Assembly (NCBI GenBank): GCA_025966005.1
Contig: JAOPVV010000056.1
Coordinates: 1-39,693, forward strand
Origin: Frankiales bacterium
Lineage (GTDB): Bacteria > Actinomycetota > Actinomycetes > Mycobacteriales > SCTD01
Direction: 5' to 3'
DNA length: 39,693 nucleotides
Shown: in pieces, positions 19,984 to 28,517 of the stretch
Numbering within the stretch: the first letter of the stretch is position 1
How the letters are laid out: the number at the start of each line of letters is the position of its first letter
Notes under the pieces: model-generated
Database searches by the model: none
Seen by the model: the letters and a program-made list of their open reading frames with translations, nothing else
What the model was told of the DNA's origin: nothing
Program-made: the position numbers and the translations under genes

Positions 19984-21525
19984 GTGCACCGTCTTGCAGG
20001 CATCGGCGCCCGGGCCGAGCAGAGCGGCGACGGCACCGCGCTGGTCGACGACACGTCGTCGCTCACCTGGTCCGAGGTGGCCCGGCAGGTCGACGCGCTG
20101 GCCGGGGCCATGCTCGCGGTGGCCGTCGGCCCTCAGGACCGGATCGCGGTCCTCGGCGAGAACCGTGGCCCGACCGTCCTCGCGCACGCGGCCGGCATCC
20201 TCGCCGGCGTCGGGACCGTGGCCGTGTCCCGGCAGCTGACGGCCCACGAGATGGCCGACCAGCTCCTCGACGCCGGCGTCGTCGCCGTCATCACCGGGCC
20301 GGCCGCCCTGACCGCTGCGACCGAGGCGGCGAAGCAGGCCGGTGTCGGCACCGTCGTCGTGCACGGCACGCTCGACCTGCCCGACGGTGCGGTCGCCTGG
20401 GACGCCTGGGTCGCCGGCGACCGCACGCTGCCGGCCGAGCTGGACCGTCCCGCCTGCCCGCTGCTCGTCTACACGTCCGGCACCACCGGCAAGGCCCGCG
20501 GCACGCCGGTCCGCTGGGCGCCGTCGACCGTGACCTCGGCGCGCGACTACGTCGAGGTGCTGGCCGGTCGCTCCGGGTTCCCCCCGGGCCCCCACCTGGT
20601 GGTCGGACCCCTGCAGCACAACGGGCCGCTCACGTCCGTGCGCCACCTGCTGTCGGGCGAGCCGGTCGTCGTGCTGGGCAGGTTCGACGCCGACCGCGTG
20701 CTCGCCCTCGTCCAGCAGCACCGCGTGACGTCCAGCGTCATGGTCCCGACCCACTTCTCCCGGCTGCTCGCCCTCCCGGACGAGATCCGCGCCCGCTACG
20801 AGGTGTCGAGCCTGGTCAACGTCGCGCACACCGGCTCGGCCTGTCCCGCCGACGTCAAGCGCGCCATGATCGACTGGTTCGGCCCGGTGCTCGTGGAGAG
20901 CTACGGCGGCAGCGAGATCGGCACCGTCTGCCGCATCACGAGCGAGGAGTGGCTGGTGCACCCGGGCTCGGTCGGACGGGTCGTGCCGCCGTTCGAGGCC
21001 GTCGTGCTCGACGAGGCCGGCGTCGAGCTGGCGCCCGGGGAGGTCGGCGTCCTCGGGTTCCGCACGCCCCCCGGCCGCGAGGTGAGCTTCCACCGCGACG
21101 AGGAGAAGACCCGCAGCGCCTACATCGCGCCCGGTGTCGCGACCCTGGGTGACGTCGGCTACGTCACGCCGGACGGCTTCCTCTACATCACCGACCGGAT
21201 CTCGGACATGGTCCTGTCCGGTGGCGTCAACCTCTACCCGGCGGAGAGCGAGAAGGTGCTCGTGGAGCACCCGTCCGTCGCGGAGGTCGCCGTGATCGGC
21301 GTGCCCGACCGAGACCTCGGCGAGGCGCTGCGCGCCCTCGTCGTCGCCTCCGGGGACCTGGACCTCGAGGAGCTCACGGTGTACTGCCGGGAGCGCCTGG
21401 CCGCCTACAAGTGCCCGAAGACCTACGAGCTGGTGGACGCGCTGCCGCGCAACGCCATGGGCAAGCTCGACAAGCGCGCGCTGCGCCGCCACTACTGGGA
21501 CGGCGACCGCACCATCGCGGGCTGA
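19984..21525 (+). CDS. AMP-dependent acyl-CoA synthetase/ligase
   Basis: GTG 19984 lies 5 nt after GAGGAG. The product carries the AMP-binding motif YTSGTTGKARG, then GDVGYVTPDGFLYITDR, and the terminal lysine motif PRNAMGKLDKRAL. Confidence 0.88.
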   Translation: MHRLAGIGARAEQSGDGTALVDDTSSLTWSEVARQVDALAGAMLAVAVGPQDRIAVLGENRGPTVLAHAAGILAGVGTVAVSRQLTAHEMADQLLDAGVVAVITGPAALTAATEAAKQAGVGTVVVHGTLDLPDGAVAWDAWVAGDRTLPAELDRPACPLLVYTSGTTGKARGTPVRWAPSTVTSARDYVEVLAGRSGFPPGPHLVVGPLQHNGPLTSVRHLLSGEPVVVLGRFDADRVLALVQQHRVTSSVMVPTHFSRLLALPDEIRARYEVSSLVNVAHTGSACPADVKRAMIDWFGPVLVESYGGSEIGTVCRITSEEWLVHPGSVGRVVPPFEAVVLDEAGVELAPGEVGVLGFRTPPGREVSFHRDEEKTRSAYIAPGVATLGDVGYVTPDGFLYITDRISDMVLSGGVNLYPAESEKVLVEHPSVAEVAVIGVPDRDLGEALRALVVASGDLDLEELTVYCRERLAAYKCPKTYELVDALPRNAMGKLDKRALRRHYWDGDRTIAG

Positions 21526-21553
21526 CCGCGACGACCCTCACCCGGAAGGCCCC

Positions 21554-22150
21554 ATGACCGAGCTCCTGCTCATCCGCCACGCCCTGCCCGTCTCCGGCGT
21601 CCAGACCCCGGGCCTGTCGGAGGTGGGGGTCGAGCAGGCCCGCCGCCTCGGCACCTGGCTCAAGGGCGAGGAGGTCGACGCGCTCGTCACCAGCCCGATG
21701 CGGCGGGCGGTGGAGACAGGGCAGATCATCGCGGAGCAGATGGGCCGCGGGATCGACGCCACCGTCGACGACCTGCGCGAGTGGGACACCGACCTCCCGC
21801 CGGCGGCGTACGTGGCGGTGGAGGAGATGGGTCCCATGGACCCGCGGGCCATCGCGATGGCCGAGGGCCGGTACGACGACTTCGTCCCGAACCTCGACCG
21901 CGACGCGTTCCGGGCCCGGGTCGCCCGCGCCCTCGACGAGGTCTTCGACCGGTGGCCCGTCACCAGGGTCGCGGCCGTCTGCCACGGCGGCATGCTCAAC
22001 GCCGCGATCGGTGGCGTCCTCGAGGTGCCGGCGCTGTTCTGGTGCAACCCGGGCTACACGTCGGTGTCCCGGCTGCGGCGGGTACCGGGCGGGCGCACGG
22101 TGGTGGTGTCGGTCAACGAGACCGCGCACCTGTTCGCGTCGAGGGACTGA
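21554..22150 (+). CDS. Histidine phosphatase (phosphoglycerate-mutase-like) family protein
   Basis: The product starts MTELLLIRHALP (RHG-type motif with the catalytic His) and has a distal CHGGML. The start lies 28 nt after the synthetase stop, with a GGAAGG RBS. Confidence 0.83.
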   Translation: MTELLLIRHALPVSGVQTPGLSEVGVEQARRLGTWLKGEEVDALVTSPMRRAVETGQIIAEQMGRGIDATVDDLREWDTDLPPAAYVAVEEMGPMDPRAIAMAEGRYDDFVPNLDRDAFRARVARALDEVFDRWPVTRVAAVCHGGMLNAAIGGVLEVPALFWCNPGYTSVSRLRRVPGGRTVVVSVNETAHLFASRD

Positions 22151-22163
22151 GGGCGGTCGCGCG

Positions 22164-22961
22164 TCAGGACGTGGCGACGGCGTCGAGGGCAGCCGCCGGG
22201 TCGCCGTGGAGCCCCCAGGCCAGGCACCGCTCCAGCACGGTGACGAACTCGGGGATCACCCAGCTGCCGCGGTCCTCGTGGCCGAGGTCCTCCACCCCGA
22301 GGTCCTGGACGTCGTAGCGCCCCCGGCAGTGCCCGAGCGTGAAGTAGCAGACCTCGCCCGCACCGGTGCGCTTGAGGTACAGCACCGGTCGCGGCTCGTC
22401 GTCGGTGGTGTCCCCCTCCACGAACCCCCGGGACGGGCCGCTGTAGGTGGTCTGCAGGACGACGTCGAGCGGAGGGTGCAGCTCGCTGACGTACAGCTCG
22501 TCCGTGACCTCGAACGGCGCGACGCCGACCACCATCGGGTGGTCGGGCTGCGCGACCTCGACGACGTACGGCGCGATCGGCGGGTGCCCGAGGAACTGGC
22601 TGCCGAGCACCGCGGCGACCGGCCCGAGGTCGCGGGGGGTCCGGAACTGGCGGGGCCCGTCCTGCGGCGGCGCGTCGATGGCCGAGTTCGTCCCGTGCAG
22701 CGCCAGCCAGCGGCCGCCGCGCTCGACGAACTCGACCAGGCGCCGCTGCTGCTCGGCGTCCGGACGCGTGTTGCACGTGTACGTCACCAGCAGGTCGGCG
22801 CGGTCGAGCGCGTCCCCGGTCGCGTAGTCCTCGAAGACCCGGGTGCGCACCCTCGGCTCGTCGCCGAGCAGGCTCAGCAGCCGCAGCCGGGCGTAGTCGA
22901 AGTCGTGCCACTGCCCGCCGCAGACGAGGACGACGTCGAGGCGCCCGGCAGGACCGGCCAC
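22164..22961 (-). CDS. ThuA-domain protein (second copy)
   Basis: A GTG start. The product contains VVLVCGGQWHDFDY, LALHGTN, GHPPIAPY and LERCLAWG. Confidence 0.78.
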   Translation of the reverse strand: MAGPAGRLDVVLVCGGQWHDFDYARLRLLSLLGDEPRVRTRVFEDYATGDALDRADLLVTYTCNTRPDAEQQRRLVEFVERGGRWLALHGTNSAIDAPPQDGPRQFRTPRDLGPVAAVLGSQFLGHPPIAPYVVEVAQPDHPMVVGVAPFEVTDELYVSELHPPLDVVLQTTYSGPSRGFVEGDTTDDEPRPVLYLKRTGAGEVCYFTLGHCRGRYDVQDLGVEDLGHEDRGSWVIPEFVTVLERCLAWGLHGDPAAALDAVATS

Positions 22962-22965
22962 GACG

Positions 22966-23730
22966 TCAGAACTGGACGCGCGTGACGATGCCGCCGTCCA
23001 CGACGAGGTTGACCCCGTTCGTGAAGCCGGCGCGCGGGCTGGCGAGGTAGGCGACGGCGGCGGCGACGTCCTCCGCGCGCCCGTAGCGACCCACCGGGAT
23101 CTTCGCGAGGACCTCGTCGTAGACCTCGCGCCGGCCCTCGCGGATCTTCTCCCAGTCGCCGCCGGGGAACTCGATCGGGCCGGGTGACACGGTGTTGACC
23201 CGGATGCCCTTCCTGGCCAGCGCGTGCGCCTGCGCCGACGCGTGGTGGATGACCGCGGCCTTGAGGGCCGAGTAGGCGTTCGGCGACGACGGGCGGACGG
23301 TGTCGAACGCGTTGGTCGTCCCGATCGAGACGATGGAGCCGCCGCCCTGCTGCTCCAGGTGGGGCACCGAGCTCTCGATCAGCCGCACCAGCGGGATGAG
23401 GTCGCCGTCCAGGCTCTTCTGCCACTGCTCCGGCGACTTGTCGGCCCCGGCCGACACGTTCGACACGACGATGTCGAGCCCGCCGAGCTCCTGGGCGCTG
23501 CGGTCGACGAACGCCACGAGCGCCTCGTGGTCGGTCACGTCGACCGCCTGGGCGAAGACCTGTGCACCGCGCTCGCGCAGCTCGGCCGCCACCTTCTCGA
23601 GCGTCTCCTCCCCCCGCGCGCACAGGGCGAGCGCGCACCCCTCGTCGGCGAGCGCCTCGGCGATGGCGCGGCCGATGCCCCGGCTCGCGCCGGTGACGAG
23701 CGCCCGCTTGCCCTGCAGCTGGAGGTCCAT
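22966..23730 (-). CDS. SDR family oxidoreductase (FabG-like)
   Basis: The product contains LQGKRALVTGASRGIGRAIA, YSALKAA and VNGVNLVVDGG. The RBS is GGAGAGGA. Confidence 0.9.
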   Translation of the reverse strand: MDLQLQGKRALVTGASRGIGRAIAEALADEGCALALCARGEETLEKVAAELRERGAQVFAQAVDVTDHEALVAFVDRSAQELGGLDIVVSNVSAGADKSPEQWQKSLDGDLIPLVRLIESSVPHLEQQGGGSIVSIGTTNAFDTVRPSSPNAYSALKAAVIHHASAQAHALARKGIRVNTVSPGPIEFPGGDWEKIREGRREVYDEVLAKIPVGRYGRAEDVAAAVAYLASPRAGFTNGVNLVVDGGIVTRVQF

Positions 23731-23851
23731 GCCTGTCCTCTCCGTCGGCCGCGAGGGCCGGGTTGAGTTTCTGTAGTTGACGCAGAGTATGAGGGTCGGG
23801 GTGCGGGACGTCGACCGTGGCCCGGGGCCGGCGCGGAGGACGACGCCCCGC

Positions 23852-24895
23852 TCACTCGGCGACGGTCGGGTCCAGCCGCACCAGCATCTTCCCGACGTTG
23901 CTGCCGGTCAGCATGCCGAGGAAGCCGTCGACCGCACCCTCGATGCCGTCGACGACGGTTTGCTTCGAGACCAGCTCGCCACTGCGCAGCCAGGCGCCGG
24001 TGCGGGCCTCGAACTCGGGCCGCAGGTCCTCGTGGTCGCGCACGATGAACCCCCGCAGGGTCAGCCGCTTGAGCACGGCCAGGATGAGGTGGTCGATGCT
24101 CGGCCGCGGACCGGTGGCGTCGAACTGCGAGATCATGCCGCAGAGCGCGACCCGGCCCTCGGGGCGCAGCGCGTCGAGGGCCGCGACCAGGTGGTCACCT
24201 CCGACGTTGTCGAAGTACACGTCGATGCCGTCGGGAGCCACCCGGGCCAGGCCCTCCCGGACCGGCTCGGAGCGGTAGTCGACCGCGCCGTCCAGGCCGA
24301 GCTCGTCGAGGAGCAGTGACGCCTTGGCCCCCCCGCCGGCGCTGCCGACGACCAGGGAGGCGCCGAGCAGCCGGGCGAACTGCGCGGCGGCGCTGCCGAC
24401 CGCGCCGGCGGCCGCCGAGACGAACACGGCGTCACCCGGCCGGAGCTCGGCGGTGCGCACGAGCCCGACGTACGCCGTGAAGCCGGTCTGACCGAGCACA
24501 CCGAGCCACTGCGAGAGCGGTGCCCGGGCCTCGTCCACCAGGCTGACCGCGGCCGCGTCGACCACGGCGAGCTCGCGCCAGCCGAGGCGGTGCCGCACGC
24601 ACACGCCGACCGGGAACGCCGGGTCCGCGCTCTGCACGACGCGTCCCACGGCGGAGCCGTCCAGCGGCTGGCCCACCTGGAAGTTGGTCGTGTAGTGCTT
24701 CTCGGTCTCCTCGAGCCGGCCCCGCATCGAGGGGTCGACGCTCATGAAGGCGTTGCGGACGAGCAGCTGCCCGTCCGCCAGCTCGGGGACGAGGACCTCG
24801 TCGATCGAGAAGTCGTCGGGCTGCGGCTGGCCCCCGGGCCGCCGCGCGAGGGTCACAACGCGGGTGGTGGCCGTCCGGGCCACCCGGGCGCTCAC
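23852..24895 (-). CDS. NADP-dependent medium-chain oxidoreductase (alkenal/enone reductase-like)
   Basis: This is the C-terminal 347 aa of ORF 23852..25588. The product contains DFSIDEVLVPELADGQLLVRNAFMSVDP and VSAAAGAVGSAAAQ (AxxGxxG). The GTG 24895 start is a best guess. Confidence 0.82.
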   Translation of the reverse strand: MSARVARTATTRVVTLARRPGGQPQPDDFSIDEVLVPELADGQLLVRNAFMSVDPSMRGRLEETEKHYTTNFQVGQPLDGSAVGRVVQSADPAFPVGVCVRHRLGWRELAVVDAAAVSLVDEARAPLSQWLGVLGQTGFTAYVGLVRTAELRPGDAVFVSAAAGAVGSAAAQFARLLGASLVVGSAGGGAKASLLLDELGLDGAVDYRSEPVREGLARVAPDGIDVYFDNVGGDHLVAALDALRPEGRVALCGMISQFDATGPRPSIDHLILAVLKRLTLRGFIVRDHEDLRPEFEARTGAWLRSGELVSKQTVVDGIEGAVDGFLGMLTGSNVGKMLVRLDPTVAE

Positions 24896-25111
24896 CTCGC
24901 AGCCCCGCTCGCCGCCGGCCCGAGGGCCCCTGACCGGTTCACGCCTGTCGACATGCGTCCCCCTGGTAACTGAAGTGTCTGCAGAGTAACTCTCGCTCGG
25001 CGAGGCGCAAGGGCGACCTCGCGGCCGGGCTCTCGCCCACTCGCCTGTGACATGGTTCACTGTAGTCCAACCCAAGTAACTGCGCTCTTCGGCGAGCACC
25101 CAGGAGGACAG

Positions 25112-25888
25112 ATGCAGCTTCAGGACAAGGTGGCCGTCATCACCGGCGGCACGGCGGGACTCGGCCGCGGCATCGCGCAGGCCTTCCTCGCGGAAGGCGC
25201 CAAGGTGGTCCTCAACGGGCGGAACGCCGAGAAGGGCGAGAAGGTGATCGCCGAGCTCGGTGCCGCCGACCGGGCGGTGTTCCGCCAGGGCGACGTGATG
25301 GTGCAGGCCGACATCGAGAGCCTCGTCGACTACGCGGTCGAGCACTTCGGCCGCATCGACATCATGGTGAACAACGCAGGTGGCACCGGCGACGCGCAGC
25401 CCGTCGTCTCCATGACCGACGAGGAGTGGGACACCAACATGAAGTGGAACGTCTACTCGACGTTCTACGGCACCCGACGGGCTCTGAAGCACATGCTGCC
25501 GCAGAAGTCCGGGCGCGTGATCAACATGTCCTCCGTCGAGGGCAAGCACGGCAAGGCCGTCCTGTCCGGCTACGTCACCGCCAAGCACGCCATCAACGGC
25601 TTCACCAAGTGCGCGGCCAAGGAGGTCGGCACGGAGGGCATCACCGTCAACGCGCTGTGCCCGGGCCTGGTCATCACCGACATCGTGCGCGAGAACGGGC
25701 CTCGCACGGCCGCGTCGATGGGCCTGTCCTTCGAGGAGATGGTCGACCTGTTCGCGCAGGAGTCGGCCATCAAGCGGCCGAACACCGTCGAGGAGGTCGC
25801 CGCCATGGCGGTGCTCCTCGCCTCGGACGTGGGCGCGGGCATCACCGGGGCGCTGCTGTCGATCGACGGTGGCACCGCGGCGTACTAG
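25112..25888 (+). CDS. SDR family oxidoreductase
   Basis: ATG 25112 follows AGGAGGA. The product contains DKVAVITGGTAGLGRGIA, YVTAKHAINGFTK and LLSIDGG. Confidence 0.9.
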   Translation: MQLQDKVAVITGGTAGLGRGIAQAFLAEGAKVVLNGRNAEKGEKVIAELGAADRAVFRQGDVMVQADIESLVDYAVEHFGRIDIMVNNAGGTGDAQPVVSMTDEEWDTNMKWNVYSTFYGTRRALKHMLPQKSGRVINMSSVEGKHGKAVLSGYVTAKHAINGFTKCAAKEVGTEGITVNALCPGLVITDIVRENGPRTAASMGLSFEEMVDLFAQESAIKRPNTVEEVAAMAVLLASDVGAGITGALLSIDGGTAAY

Positions 25889-25913
25889 GCCGGACGCACG
25901 GACGGCTCTCGTG

Positions 25914-26558
25914 TCAGTCCAGCGCGACGATCCGCTGCGAGACGTCCTCGAGGGCGGCGCGAAGCGCCTTGGGCGAGCGGCGGCTGAGCGGCCCGCCCTC
26001 GAGCCGCATCGGGTGGATCGCGATGAGCAGGCTGATCAGGGTGCGCACCGACAGCCGGGCGGCCGCGTGCGCCGCGGCGGCAGTGCGGTGACGACGCTCG
26101 CCCGCCGGTGCCTGGCGGGCGTAGACGAACGCCCGCTCGATGTGCTGCTCCTCGAACTCGCGCCTCAGCAGCCGCGCCTGCTCGGTCGTCCCCGGCAGGT
26201 GGCTGTAGAGGATGCGCGCGTGGTCGGGACGCAGCTCGATCCACTCCCACACGGCCTCGATGATGCGGCCGAGCGCACCCGCCTGCTCGCCCTCGGGTCG
26301 GGCCCTCTCGACGACCTCGTCCACCTCGGCGATGACCGTCTGCAGGGCGACGTTGAACAGCTCGTCCTTGCCGGCGAAGTGGTAGTAGACGGCGGTGGGG
26401 ACGACCCCTGCCTCGTCCGCGACGTCCTGGATGCTCGTCTCGGCGTACCCGTTGCGCGACAGGACCTTGATGGCGGCGTCGATGATCTCGTTGCGCCGCG
26501 AGGGGCGGTGGGCCGGCAGCTTGGCCGGCACCTCCGTCAGATCCGTCCGATCGAGCAT
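25914..26558 (-). CDS. TetR family transcriptional regulator
   Basis: The N-terminal HTH is RRNEIIDAAIKVLSRNGYAETSIQDVADEAGVVPTAVYYHFAGKDELF. Confidence 0.9.
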   Translation of the reverse strand: MLDRTDLTEVPAKLPAHRPSRRNEIIDAAIKVLSRNGYAETSIQDVADEAGVVPTAVYYHFAGKDELFNVALQTVIAEVDEVVERARPEGEQAGALGRIIEAVWEWIELRPDHARILYSHLPGTTEQARLLRREFEEQHIERAFVYARQAPAGERRHRTAAAAHAAARLSVRTLISLLIAIHPMRLEGGPLSRRSPKALRAALEDVSQRIVALD

Positions 26559-26623
26559 GCGTTCCCCTCGCCCCGTCGTCGAGCCCCGGTCACTGCAAGC
26601 CCCGCGGCGACTACTCTCTTCCT

Positions 26624-27226
26624 GTGACGACGCCCAGGAAACGACCGGCGCACCGGCCCTCTCGGCGCGGTGCGGTCGTCGAGTCCGCGATGAGGCTGTT
26701 CGCGTCGCCGTCCTCCGATGCCGTGACGGTAGCCGAGATCGCGCAGGCCGCAGGGATGACGTCCGCAGCGGTCTATTACCACTTCGCCTCCAAGGACGAC
26801 ATCCTGCTGGAGGGCCTGCGCGGCTTCGGTGACGGCCTGGTCACCGAGACGCGGCGGCTGCAGCAGGAGCTCGCCGACGACCGCGCGTCGACCGGCGAGC
26901 TCCCCGTGCGCCTCATCGCCTGGCTCGACGCCCGCCGCGACGACGCCACGGTCTGGTTCGTCACCTCCGCCGGGGTGAGCCTGGTCGTCGAGCAGCTGCG
27001 GCGCGAGCTGCGCGGCGAGCTGATGACGATCCTGACCCGCGGGGCCAAGGCGGCCCGGCCCGGCGTCTCGATCGCGGAGGCCTCCGTCATCGCCGCCGGA
27101 CTGCTCTCGCTGATCGAGACGGCGGCGGCGTCCTGGCTCACCGAGGACGAGTCCGTGGTCGGCCTGGGGCGCCGGAAGTTCCTCGACGAGACGTCGCTGC
27201 TCGCGGCGCGCATCGTCGGCGTCTGA
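26624..27226 (+). CDS. TetR family transcriptional regulator
   Basis: A GTG start. The HTH is RRGAVVESAMRLFASPSSDAVTVAEIAQAAGMTSAAVYYHFASKDDIL. It is divergent from the first TetR gene across 65 bp. Confidence 0.87.
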   Translation: MTTPRKRPAHRPSRRGAVVESAMRLFASPSSDAVTVAEIAQAAGMTSAAVYYHFASKDDILLEGLRGFGDGLVTETRRLQQELADDRASTGELPVRLIAWLDARRDDATVWFVTSAGVSLVVEQLRRELRGELMTILTRGAKAARPGVSIAEASVIAAGLLSLIETAAASWLTEDESVVGLGRRKFLDETSLLAARIVGV

Positions 27227-27235
27227 CGTCTGGCC

Positions 27236-27263
27236 ACTGTAACTCTAGCTGATTTACAGTTAC
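27236..27263 (+). promoter_or_regulatory. Inverted repeat ACTGTAA-N11-TTACAGT. Its right arm contains a TACAGT -10 hexamer 6 nt before the ATG at 27267, implying a leaderless mRNA.
   Basis: Read directly. TACAGT is at 27255-27260 and the ATG is at 27267. No Shine-Dalgarno sequence is possible in the 6-nt gap. Confidence 0.45.
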
Positions 27264-27266
27264 CGG

Positions 27267-28040
27267 ATGGACGGACCGCAGCGCCCGGGTCGCCTCGCAG
27301 TCGTCTCCGGGGGCGGCACCGGGATCGGGCTCGCGGTCGCCGCCGGCCTGCTGGAGGACGGGCTCGACGTGGTGCTGCTCGGGCGGCGGACCGACGTGCT
27401 GGAGCGAGCCGCCCAGCAGCTCCGGGAGGACGCCGACGGTCCGAGCGTCACGCCGGTGCGCTGTGACGCCGCTGATCCTGCGGACGTCCGGCAGTGCGCG
27501 GACGCGCTCGCGGCGCGCCACCGGGCCGTGGACGTCGTCGTCGCCAACGCCGGGGCCCCGGCGTCGCGCGTGGACCGCGGGGCGCCGCTGGACGAGGTGG
27601 CGGCGTCCTGGCTCGACGCCTACCGCGCCAACGTGCTGTCGGCAGTGCTGCTCACGACGGCTCTCGAGCCGCTGCTGGCGCGACCGGGCGGCAGGGTGGT
27701 GCTCGTCGGCTCGAGGGCGGCGACCAGCGGCGGGTCGACACCCGCCTACGTCGCCGCCAAGGCCGCCCTCCACGGCTGGGTGCTGTCGCTGGCCGCCCGG
27801 CTGGGCCCCGACGGGGTCACCGCGAACGTCGTCGCCCCGGGGTACACCGCCGACACCGAGCTCATCGCCGGCCGCATGCCGCCCGACCGCCACGCGGCCC
27901 TGCTGACCGGCATCGCCGCGGGCCGGCCGGCCTCCCCGGACGAGGTCGCCGCGGTCGTCCGGTTCCTCGCCGGCAGCTCGGCGTCGTACGTCAACGGGCA
28001 GGTGGTGGGCGTCGACGGCGGCGTCCTGCCGGCCGGCTGA
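27267..28040 (+). CDS. SDR family oxidoreductase
   Basis: The product contains LAVVSGGGTGIGLAVA, YVAAKAAL and YVNGQVVGVDGG. Confidence 0.85.
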   Translation: MDGPQRPGRLAVVSGGGTGIGLAVAAGLLEDGLDVVLLGRRTDVLERAAQQLREDADGPSVTPVRCDAADPADVRQCADALAARHRAVDVVVANAGAPASRVDRGAPLDEVAASWLDAYRANVLSAVLLTTALEPLLARPGGRVVLVGSRAATSGGSTPAYVAAKAALHGWVLSLAARLGPDGVTANVVAPGYTADTELIAGRMPPDRHAALLTGIAAGRPASPDEVAAVVRFLAGSSASYVNGQVVGVDGGVLPAG

Positions 28041-28061
28041 GCCGGGCCCGCGCCCACCGGC

Positions 28062-28517
28062 TCATGCCGAGGCGACGCGCGCCGCCGCCACGGCCAGCAT
28101 CCCCTCGTCCCCCTCCCGCCACGTGACCGTGAGGGTCACGCCGGCGATCACCCGCTCGCCGTCGTCACCCCGGCGCACCCGGTGCTCGTAGCTGCCCCCG
28201 AGCGTGTAGCGCGCGCCGTCGAGGAAGTGGTCGGCCCGCATGCTCGTGCGCACGACCACCTCGCCCGCGTCCCGCTGCAGCCAGGCGTTGGCCAGCAGGT
28301 GCTGGGTCGCGTCCAGGCCGGGGAAGAGCCTGCGGCCCCGCTCCACCCACGCGTCGGCCGTCGTGCGGCCGACCGACCCCGGCCGGTAGGAGGGGTAGTC
28401 GACGTCGACGTCGTCGGCGAACACCGAGCGGTAGAGGGCCCAGTCCCGGCCGTCGATGCCGTGGGCGAAGCGGGCCAGCAGGTCGAGGACCTGCGCCCGG
28501 TCCTGCGGGTCCGTCAC
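28062..28517 (-). CDS. NTF2/SnoaL-like (SnoaL_4-type) protein
   Basis: GTG 28515-28517 overlaps the upstream stop (GTGA). The product contains VLDLLARFAHGIDGRDW and LDATQHLLAN. It is paralogous to the 38281 gene. Confidence 0.75.
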   Translation of the reverse strand: MTDPQDRAQVLDLLARFAHGIDGRDWALYRSVFADDVDVDYPSYRPGSVGRTTADAWVERGRRLFPGLDATQHLLANAWLQRDAGEVVVRTSMRADHFLDGARYTLGGSYEHRVRRGDDGERVIAGVTLTVTWREGDEGMLAVAAARVASA

